Assembly: GCA_964057225.1 (NCBI GenBank)
Contig: OZ059896.1
Location: 14,570,001 to 14,634,000, forward strand
Origin: Auanema rhodensis
Lineage: Eukaryota; Animalia; Nematoda
DNA: 64,000 nt
Direction: 5' to 3'
Within the stretch, counting starts at the first letter, position 1, and each line of letters begins with the position of its first letter. The position numbers and the translations under genes are program-made. The notes beneath the pieces are model-generated. The model had not been told where the DNA came from and made no database searches. It worked only from the letters and a program-made list of their open reading frames with translations. Positions 1 through 10,387 of this stretch are shown here, piece after piece.

Positions 1-384
1 ATGAAGACGACACATTTAGAAAAGATCGTCGACACAAAAGAAAATGTTGAGCTTCAACATACATTGGTCATTTCTCCTTACTAGACATCAACATTAGAAG
101 GGTATTAGTTATTAAAAAGATTTATAAAAATATAATAAAAACTGATTTTTTATATTTTCCTTAAATATATTAAAATAACAAAAAAAAATGATATAATCAG
201 ATTTATAAAATATTAATTATATAATATTATTCAAAGTTTTAAAAATGAATTCATTGACAAGAAAAATATCTCTCAAGTTTAAACTTTTTTTATTTTCAAT
301 TAAGAATTACTAGATAAATCATAAAGTTAATATTTGAAATATTTATTATTTTCAATAAAATTTAAAAAAAAACATATAATTCAA

Positions 385-417
385 CTCACCATGTTTCAAC
401 TCAAATATTTCTATTAA
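385..417 (-). other. Possible first exon (ATG only) of a gene running off the left window edge
   Basis: The minus strand reads ttaatag|aaatatttgagttgaaacATG|gtgagt: an acceptor-like (trans-splice) site, ATG at 392-390, then a consensus donor. No downstream exon could be confirmed. Confidence 0.3.
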
Positions 418-1070
418 ACCTAATGTAAAAGTCATTTATTTGACTAAATAATTTGTCTTAGAGAGGTTAGAAATAGAGTATTTTCCTTATTGTTTGAATT
501 GGCCACCTGCTGTGAAGACAAGAAAAGGTTTTGCATTGCCACCTGTAATGCTTTAGACCGTGCTAAAATCTAATTAGCATTACTTGTTGTTTTATATTAC
601 AAAAAATAGAAAATATACTATATTCTTGAATATTAGTTTTACTACTGTTTATACCTCTCTCTAAGTCCCGCCCCATTTAGAAAAATGTGTGCAGTTGTCT
701 TCACCACCCCACCGCTTCATCAAAAAATTAACATTAGAGCTCGCACCAGCTTTGTATAAATCAGCGGGAGTGCTCTATCCCTGATCCGGTGGTAGGGGGG
801 TTCCAGCTTCAACAAAAATCAAAATTTTCATTAATTTCAAAGTTTAGCTTCACAATGTATCTAAAAATTTGACAAATACCCTACATATTTATTAATCAAA
901 TATAAAAATAATAATCTGCTAGCTAGTCATGAAAAAACAATTAAATATCTTTGCCCTATGAATAACTGAACAATTAATACTATTGTTGCATAGATATCAT
1001 AGTTTAAAGTTATTCATAGACATGTTTTTTTTTTTTTTGGTTTGTATCAATAATATTATCATTATAACAT

Positions 1071-1129
1071 GCATGACTGTATTATCAGTATAGCATGACT
1101 GACTGTATTATCAGTATAACATGACTGAC
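1071..1129. repeat. Short degenerate tandem repeat (~23-27 bp unit, ~2.3 copies)
   Basis: gcatgact(gact)gtattatcagtata occurs twice, followed by a partial third copy. Confidence 0.7.
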
Positions 1130-1404
1130 AATGTAAAAGCTCATTCCCATAAACTGCTTGAAGTCTTCTTTCTTGAATTTCAGAACTTTCATCAAGACTT
1201 CAGATTCAGAAAATTCAGTAAGATTCAGATGCTGAAGCTTATTTGTTCGAAGCTATGCCATAGGAAAAACTTAGTTATTGATCGAGCTTTGTGCTCAGAA
1301 TCATTTAAAAATATTTTTAATGAATTAACATGTTCCTAATCTCAAATTTTGTCAAATCAAAAGGGATTATTCAAAATAGTCAAAAAACACTCTTTGACCC
1401 TATA

Positions 1405-2150
1405 TATTAGGTGTGCGCAAAAGTTTCTGGCCATCCGCATTAAAATTTGAATAAAAATTTCAAAATTAAAAATAGCCAGAAACCAAATTCATAATTATAT
1501 TTGTTAAAGAAATTTTTAATTGAAATTATTGAAAAAAAATCCATTTTTCATCTTTTAATTTAGCTTTTTCTCGCGTTTTCCAAAATGGCTTTCTACTATG
1601 CTCACATGCGTTAGTGTTTTGAGCTGTATTTCAAGCAAGGTTTGAATACTTCGAAAACTCATAATCTTCTTCAAACCACTTATGTTAAAGATATTACTTC
1701 TTATATAGTACCTGTATATGTAATTTTTTTCACTCCTGGTGAAGTAGTACCTCTAAATTCTAAAACCAAAAAACTGACCCTCGTAAACGTGATGTTATGT
1801 TGTTTTGGGAAGAAAAAGGAATATTTCATTAAAAAATTGTTGAATTAGGATGAGATGTTGAGATACTAGGATCTATTCTGAACAAATTCAACGGTATTTC
1901 ATTAAAACGCCCACGCACACCGAAGAAAATCTTTCTTCTACATGACAACGGGAGGCCTCATCTGGACTGAGACGTGTGTTGAATTGTGGAGAAGAAACGA
2001 TATAACCTTCTAGGGCATATACCTATTCACCAGACCCTGCTTCTTCTGATTATCAAACATTCATATCGATCGAGCACTTTTTAATATATATTATTTGGCT
2101 CTAGTGCAATTTACGTGAATTTTTACGTGAAAAATATTTGTCATTCTTCA
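1405..2150 (+). mobile_element. Decayed, internally deleted Tc1/mariner (mariner, DD34D-type) element
   Basis: TA followed by an ITR-like TTAGGTGTGCGCAAAAGTTTCTGGCCAT at 1405-1434. Transposase relics: VMLCCF (~1789), LLHDNGRPH (1935-1961) and YSPDPASSDYQTFISIEHFL (2024-2083). The two catalytic Asp codons (1944 and 2048) are 104 nt apart, i.e. D34D spacing minus 1 nt. Stops and frameshifts are present; no 3' ITR seen. Confidence 0.85.
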
Positions 2151-2162
2151 CAAGATATTGAC

Positions 2163-3847
2163 ATGGATCGGTTGCTGGAAGTATTAAGAGAAGAAGTATT
2201 TTATTACAAAATATATTATTATTTACTAAGATTTAAAGTTTTACAGATTGGTATTGAAGATGACGAAGCAGGAGATGTTCTACAATACCCAGATACATCA
2301 GAAACAGTAAATGTCAGTTCGTTAGCGTTAATGAAAATGCTTAAACATTGTCGAGAAGGAATACCTATAGAAGTAAACAAAATTATAATTTAAAAAATAA
2401 TAATTATATTGTTTATAATATATAGGTTATGGGACTTTTAGTTGGAACATTTTTGGATGATTATACCATAGATGTAATCGATGTGTTTGCTATGCCTCAA
2501 AAAGGAACTGTTAGTTATTTGTACTTATTTATTTTAAATTTATAATATTTAAATAAAATATATATCTCAGAATTTAATAATAAAACCTTCAGACTATTAC
2601 AGTAGAATCAATTGATCCTTGTTATCAAACTGAAATGTTAGAGATGCTGAAAGTTGCTGGAAGATGTGAAGGAATTGTTGGATGGTTTGACCATATTTTC
2701 TATAAACTATATCCATATAGTTATTATAAATTAATATATGAAATTTAAATGTAATAATTAAATTTCGTTTAGGTATCATTCACATCCTGGATTTGGATGT
2801 TGGTTATCATCTATAGATATTAATACACAACAATCTTTTGAATCACTTCATCCACGAGCTATAGCCATAGTATTAGATCCCGTACAGAGTGTTAAAGGCA
2901 AAGTTAGATTTTTTATTTTCTTTTATTAGTCACTTTCTGTTTTCTGTTTAACAATTTGGTTTTCTTAACCCCATTTTCATTTATGCTCACATTTTTCTTG
3001 TTATGGTAATCAGTGCTTTAAACCAAACTTGAGATTTACCTTTTAAATCCAAAGACTTCCCTTACTGTCGGGATAAACATAGAGGAATGACATAATATTT
3101 TATAAAAAGCCATATATTTCATTAGAATTGCTCAGATCAATCTTTGTATCTTTCATTGATTTTATAGGTGAACTTAGAAGCTTTTCGTTTAATTGATTCT
3201 TCTAAAATCAATTCATTGCAATTAGCTCCAACAAGTAGTGCTCGAGAATGTACTTCTAATATAGGATGTTTACAGAATTCTGAATCAGCTATACATGATG
3301 TTGGAAATAAGTGAGTGTATAGGAGATAAAAGAAATATTCAAACTTTAAAATAATAATATAACTATGCTAATTATACATTTCTTTAATAGATATTATAAT
3401 ATGAATGTTGAATACAAGTTAAATCTGACTGAACAGAAAATGCTGTTAAGTTTAAATAAGAAAAGTTGGAATGATTATCTCGTTAGTGTTCTTTTAATTT
3501 TGAATTCAAATTTAATCATAAGAATATATTCAGATTATAGCAAATGAAAACGAAATACAATATCTTAATATAAATAATATTAATAATATGTTAACAACAT
3601 GTTCATTAGAAAAACATAAAGTTTGTTTAATTTTTAAGTAAATATAATAATAATAATATTATATATTTATAGAATAAAATATGTGATGAAAAGAAATTTA
3701 ATAAAGAAATTTTAAAAAAGGTAAATTATTCCTTTTTTTTTTTAATATTTTTAAATTTAGTCAAGCAATGAGTTACTTCGACGAAGTATAGAAAATACCC
3801 TTAAACGTCATATTATTCTTGAAACTTTAAAAGATCAAAGAATTTAA
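2163..3847 (+). CDS. Divergent 26S proteasome lid subunit Rpn11/PSMD14-like JAMM metallo-deubiquitinase (paralogue), ~10 exons
   Basis: Spliced translation: [11 protein letters not shown]|[42 protein letters not shown]|[28 protein letters not shown]|[31 protein letters not shown]|[43 protein letters not shown]|[10 protein letters not shown]...|[30 protein letters not shown]|...KDQRI*. The JAMM motif is intact. The C-terminal exons are less certain. Confidence 0.9.
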
Positions 3848-4040
3848 AAACTTCTTTTTAAAACAATAAATACATACTTATATATTTTATTCATAATATA
3901 TATATATATATTCAAATTATAATACAAAAGTTTTCAAAGAAAGTTTCGAAACACCTTGAATTGGGGGAGCTTATGCTTAAAATCTAAGTGTGCAAAGACT
4001 TTTGAACATATATGTATATACAATAGAATAGAAATATTTT

Positions 4041-4500
4041 TTACTTATTAGGCCACCATACCTTACTATCAACACGTTTTTCAAAATTCCAGGTATTTTC
4101 ATCATTAATATGAGTATTGTCAAGGTTTTTCCATGATACTATCAATGGAGCTATAGTTGGCAAAGGAACTGGATTTCCCGGTTTACTGGGCTTGGCAGGG
4201 GCTTAAAGATTTTGAAAGATGGAGATTGTTTCTTAAATGGAAGGAAATGTTTACCTAGAAGAGGATGTTGTACAAGAGCTACATCTGAATCAAGCCAATC
4301 TTTAGCATAATTACTCTGATAAAAAGAAATATATATTTATTTAAATATGTATATATAGATATATAACTTACATTCTTAAATGGAATATTTACAGATTTAA
4401 ATACATAAGGGGAAAATTCTAAATCCGCAGCATTTTGAGCTTGAGCATTTAGAATTTGAACTACAATAATAAGAAGAATAGATAGAAAGGTTGAGAACAT
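4041..4500 (-). CDS. Small secreted orphan protein (~117 aa, 3 exons)
   Basis: ttttccag acceptor ~15 nt before the ATG at 4500. Signal peptide MFSTFLSILLIIVVQILNAQA. Exons join in frame through GT-AG introns: ...IPFKN|SNYAKDWLDSDVALVQHPLL|APAKPSKPGNPVPLPTIAPLIVSWKNLDNTHINDENTWNFEKRVDSKVWWPNK*. Confidence 0.75.
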
Positions 4501-5003
4501 ATTCGTTAAAATACTGGAAAAAGCGAAGACGGCCGCCAATGTACAAGCGAATATTGGGTAGAAACGGAAATAAGTGGGAAATGATAAATTTCATCGAAAT
4601 CTGTACAAGATGTTATGATGGCAATCCGGTTATAATGGATGAAAATACAAGAAAAAAACAAAAAAAAGTCAAAAGAAGATGAACAACCTTCAATATGGCC
4701 TTATATATGTTGTTATAAATATAATTTTGAAGATACATATATAAAGACAAAAATGAGTGTGGAGGCAAGGTTGAACAGGAGATGATAAATGTGATAAGAT
4801 CAAATTAGTCAGAGTCAAATATGTGATGGTGTGATATGGAATAGTAATGAGTAGTCATGCAGATTATACAATAAACATAAGGCTGTTTGTTTGTTAAATA
4901 ATTTTTATATCAAATGAAAAGAAGAAGAATTTGTATTTAAAATAATTTTTTCATTCTTTCTTCTTTTCTCATATCCTAATATTTCCATATATTCAGATTT
5001 TGC

Positions 5004-5307
5004 TCAATTATGACAACATAAAATGAAGCAAAAGGAACAAAATAGACAGCATGCCACAGCTAACACAGCATAAATAAAATATTGAAATAAGCTTTGAAGA
5101 CGAAGACAACAATCAGTACCACAACATTCATAATATACAAAAGTTGTTTCTATTGGACCTGTATTAAGAATGAAAATGATTTCATTTATTATCAAGTAAC
5201 ATACATTTTGTTCCAAGACATTCAAGTAAATTCTGAGATGACTGAACAGGATTTGAATAATTTAATGAAAATGTAATAGTAAATAGAAATAGTTGTAATA
5301 ACCGCAT
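5004..5307 (-). CDS. Small Shisa-like single-pass membrane protein with a six-cysteine ectodomain (~85 aa, 2 exons)
   Basis: MRLLQLFLFTITFSLNYSNPVQSSQNLLECLGTK|CPIETTFVYYECCGTDCCLRLQSLFQYFIYAVLAVACCLFCSFCFILCCHN*: signal peptide, C-C-CC-CC motif, TM helix, Cys-rich end. One phase-1 GT-AG intron. Confidence 0.8.
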
Positions 5308-8300
5308 CGTTGAATTTCTTAAAAATCATTAACAAAGATAAATATTAGAGTTTAGTTATATTATAGAAAAATAGTTGTAGAATATAGCATAATTTGAAAT
5401 TCAAGAAAAAAAATTTATCATTAAAGGTTCTGAAGTGCTTTAAGGCTAAAGCGCAGGTATAACACGAAGTTAATTACAGATAACAGTATCAACAAATCTT
5501 GATAACATTCTTTATATACAACAAAGTGTAATTAACAATGATTAAACTTATATATTTATTTTGGTAACAACTTAAGATAAAAATATTTCCAACTTTATTT
5601 GGATAAATATTGTTTTTTAGATTCAGAGATTCAGAACTTAAGAATCTTATTTATTTTTCGGGAACTCGTTGAAGAAAAGCTGAACTCCTTTTCACAATGA
5701 TTTTCATCTAAATTTTAAGATTAATAGGAAAATTGGACCGGAGACATTCGCGCGATGAATAACCGTTTAACCGTGTAAGCCATCTACTTCTACACAGTAA
5801 GTGTTCGTGGGATCAAGTATATCGCCCACGTAAAATTGCATTACCAATGAAATTTTGGAAATTTTGGAACTCGTTGTATCAACATCCGTTTTGCTGGTAC
5901 ATCAACCTTGGCTTCGCTCGTTGATCAGCGTCCGTTCTTAAGGAAATAAATAAGATAAGAGTTCGTAAAATCTATATTCTTTAGTAAAAGCAGGTAGAAA
6001 CAACTAAATTGAAAAAAGTAAATTAATTTCAAATATATTTCTAATTTAAAACTTTACTCTCGTTGAAGTTATATCTTTCATAAACGGAGAATTGTACTTA
6101 AAGTTTATTCAATGCAGAAGCAGACATACATGAAAAACGTTAAGCGTTAAGCTATTTACTATCTTCATTTGCATACATTAGAATAAGTTTGTGAACTTCA
6201 AGTGGTTCCGGCAAAAAGACCAGCTTAATAGCTGAATAAAGGTCCCGATTCAAAGATGTGAAAGAATTTCTCTTAGAAGTTAGTGATAAGTATTTTGATT
6301 AATCATGACATATTATATTGAATGCTGGTAGTAGCCACAAACTGAATTGTTTGCGCTGACAATCCGTAGAAGAACAGTCTGTCTATCTGTCTCAGATTTG
6401 CTAAAAGAGAGAGAATGGAGGGAAAAGCTTTCCATGACCATGCGAACGACGGAATGAAGATATTACGAGTGTTAGATAGAGTGAAATACATTCAGAAAAA
6501 AAATAGAGAAAGAGAGAGAATAAGAGGGAAACTGCTCGACAAAGAACTATTCCGGACATAGCTAACATCATCCACATCTTCCGTTCTCAGCGTAGTCATC
6601 ATCATCCTCCTCATCATTGCCGTCATCGTCTCTTGTCTGCCAACAGCGTCTTCACCCTCCGTCTCCCCTCTTAAGAACCCCCTGTGTCTGTTAGTCTGAA
6701 ATCTTTTTCTTTTCCACTAAATGAACAACTTCAAGACATCCGGTTCCATTCAACTATTTGTTCAGATTACTTAATTTATAACTCATTATTATTCATTTAT
6801 TGATTTTTTTTTATGATTTCAAGTTGAAAAAGGAAATTAGTGTGTTTGATGATGGGATTAATCACATATACATATCTGGCTTCATATTACATGTTGTATG
6901 TACTTCTAGCCCTTAATGCCCTTTATGAACTTTTCTATGTATCTCACTCATTTCCATCTCAAATCAACTCAAGAATTTTTCATTTATCGAATTTATCAGC
7001 ATTTCAAAGAAAGGAATTTTCGAATCAAAATTCAAATCAACAGTCCCTCATCCATATCCACAAACACAATCAAGAGTTTAAAGAGGCTTTTTTCGATTTG
7101 TCTTTGAGTTTTACATTAGTAATTCAGTTTCATGTTATCCCAAAAACCTATCATTTCAGTTTGAACATAATTCCAGCATCATACAACCAGAGAGGAAGCT
7201 ACAAAGTGCCTAATCTCATTAAACCATCCTAAAGCTTTTAAAACTAAGAAAAGCAAAGCTTTGCGTTTTAAAAAAAAAATTAAATTTTGACAAAGAAATC
7301 AGACAAATTTTTTTTAAAAATAAACTATTATGTTTATTATTATTTATTATTTATTATATGTAATAATAATAATTTTGATACACATATGTGAAGCCTTAAG
7401 TTCATCCTCAACATCATCATTCAATCTCAATACTAATCTTCTTGTGTGCAATCAGAAGCCGTTATTCTACACTTTCATTGTTGCTTGAGTTGTAGAAAAC
7501 TAGTATAAAGCTTGATTATTATCTATCTGATGCTTTTAAATTTTATTTCTTCTAAATTTTTAATTTCTCGACATCATTTCTCATCATTATTCTATAAAAA
7601 ATTAATTTTTCTGTTGTCTTCTATTAGTATTTTTGTAGAAAACAATGTAGATTAGCCGTCCTGAATCTGGCATGATCTTGTCAGTTTCCGGAAATATTTC
7701 CAGAATATTGTCAGACAATTTCATGAAAATTGTATGGCTGCATGGCCTTTAAAGAAGAAAATTGTATTAATAAGTTCACTAATTTTTTAATTTTTTTACA
7801 AAGTTAATGCTATGATGCTGTGAAAGAACTTGGAAAAGAAGTATTTTAAAATAAATTTTTTTTCTTCTTTTCAACTTTGAATTTGTTTATTCAACAATTC
7901 AAATATACTGATTGTTCCACTAAAGTGGTTTGAGACTGTTCAGCTTTCAAGTTTCAACTTGATATTTTAATATAAAATGAAAATTATATATTTTTAGTTC
8001 AAAATTTAATAATAATAAATATTATTTTTATTTCTATATACTTATATTTTATAAAATTGAATAAGTTTGTTAAACAACTTGTTCCCGGATAATCACTTGC
8101 ATCTTTTGAGGATTTGCTCACGGCGAATAATCCATCCACATTATTTTTACATTTTCTTTCTTTCTTTTCCTTTTTCAATCATCATAAGGTTAAAAACTTG
8201 TATGTTTTCTTTTACTTTTCTTCCAAAAAAATCTTTGAAAACTTGAAAGTTTTCCTACCAAAATTAATATAATTGAACTTTTATTATTATATTTAAATAA

Positions 8301-9488
8301 TATCATTATAATTTATAAAATATATAATATTTTAAATACTTTATTCTATTCATTTTTATTTTAATTCTTCAATTCTTAACAAAAAATTGAAAATAATTCT
8401 ACTTGATTTTAAAAGAAAAAATCATAATGTTTTGAAAATCCTATCATCTTTCACAGCTTTTTTTTGCTTTGTTGTCTAATACGTAATTCCATATTATGTA
8501 ATCTAAGTAGATGTTGACCATTGATCGTTAAAGACCACTGAATTTCAGATGAAAAATGAAAAAAAGTTGTCTTCTGTACACCTAAAGTATTTAAATTGAA
8601 AATTTTAATTTCTAATATATACATATGTAGATAAACATGTGGATTACATGATGCTGTTTGCTTCTGATGAAGATGTTAATGATGACGATGATGAGGTGAT
8701 GATGTTATGGCTTGTAGGACATCAACACTTCACACAAATCGTTATTGTCAATTCTTCAATCATTGTAATTGACTTCAGCGGTATATGTATATATATGTAT
8801 ATGTATATGTATATATATATATGTGTGTATGTATATGTGTGTGTGTGTTGTTCTCACATCCATCTAGAGCTACTGCTGTGTTCTGGCTCTCTTCATCATT
8901 CTCATCCTCATAGTCTCATCGTCATAGCCTTCAACAGCACTACTACCGCTATGGCCGCCAGTAGCAGCAGCCGTATTGGCAGGCATCGTCAATGTGGTAG
9001 CAGCTTCATCACCACCATCATCATCACCATCATCATCATCATCTTCATCGTCTGAGTCATGACTCTGGACATCCGAGCAACTAACGTTGACTCTTCTTCA
9101 TGCAATATCTCTTTCATCTAGTATATATATATATATATATATATGTGTCCTGGCGATGATTTTTGAAATGGAGTCAAATGGCAATATTTGGTCTTAGATT
9201 TTGAGTCTGTGCTGCGCTCTGTTTACATAGAAAGAGAGGGTGGTGATGGTGGTGATGGTGATGATGGTGTTGGATGCGATGATGGTTAAGAGCTATTGCT
9301 GAAGCATAGACCACAAAGCCACGAGAAATGGATGATGACGATCCTTCCTTCCATCCGTCTATGCGTCCTTTCTAACCATGCCCTCGGCTTAACTCCTTTT
9401 TCCCGATTTCCATACCAGTATTCCTATTTCTCTTTATCCTTTTTTTCCCTTTAAAATCCATCTTTCCCTTTACTGCTTTGCCGTTCTC

Positions 9489-9493
<5 letters not shown>

Positions 9494-9578
<85 letters not shown>

Positions 9579-9584
9579 CTCTCC

Positions 9585-9615
<31 letters not shown>

Positions 9616-9660
9616 CCTCTTTCTCTCTCTCTCTCTCTCTCCCTCTTTCTCTCTCTCTCT
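9494..9660. repeat. (CT)n/(GA)n microsatellite
   Basis: ~165 bp of near-perfect CT dinucleotide repeat. Confidence 0.98.
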
Positions 9661-10387
9661 TGTTCCATCTCTCATATATCCTCTTTCCTATTATTCCTTT
9701 CTCACCGTCCCTCTTAATCTCTTTCTCTCTCTCTTCATACTTTCTTCAATCTAACATTGATTTACAGAAATTCGACTACTTCCTCACGTTTTTGTTTCAA
9801 AATATATCTTCTCGGAGTGTTTGTTTAGATTTTAAACTTCTTCAAGTTCTTTATCTTCATGTTACTCTGGTATTTTCATTATTTCCGTATCTCTCCGAGT
9901 GCTGGACTTCCACCCTCACTGCTTGAATTAATTTTCTTTTCTCATTTCTTTGTATTTTCAAACATTTTTGCCTCTGTCCACCAATAAAAAACTCATTTTT
10001 GTCTAATTTACAACTGAGAGCCTCACAGATTTTCATAATTACGTTTATTTCATTTCCATTTTCCAGAAAAAAAAAAAAGATAAAAAACTCGAAAATGGAC
10101 GCATCCCGAAAATAATTCTTTTAGGAGCTGCGGATGACGTTGCTAAGCTAGTCTGTCCACCCGTCGGCACATTTGCATGTTCCAACTTCTTGAGCTTCTC
10201 CCAATAAAATCGTTTTGCTCTCTTTACTGCTTCTATGAAACCAGTGTCTTGTTCATTATTCTCGTTATCTTTTTCATTTCATTCAATTACTTTACGATTT
10301 CTCATCATAATTTTTTCAATTTTATTTATTAAAAACATCTAACATATATAAATATATATTCTTGTTATCTCATTATAGAGGGGGAGC

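Noticed and set aside
500-515. CTCF-like GGCCACCTGCTG motif (similar CGCCACCTCTGC at ~31325)
   Set aside because: CTCF is reported lost in derived nematodes; a plain E-box or chance match is more parsimonious.
775-812. Faint resemblance to the 5' half of tRNA-Sec
   Set aside because: No T-arm/B-box or acceptor stem; it cannot form a cloverleaf.
1071-1129. Direct repeats as a possible CRISPR-like array
   Set aside because: Only ~2 adjacent copies with no spacers, in a eukaryotic context.
8639-9055. 138-aa plus-strand ORF
   Set aside because: Non-ATG start, built from TA/TG and CAT simple repeats, with no recognisable domain.
9372-9717. ORFs of ER/RE or SL repeats (also 60681-60926)
   Set aside because: They are translations of (CT)n microsatellites with no splice or coding context.
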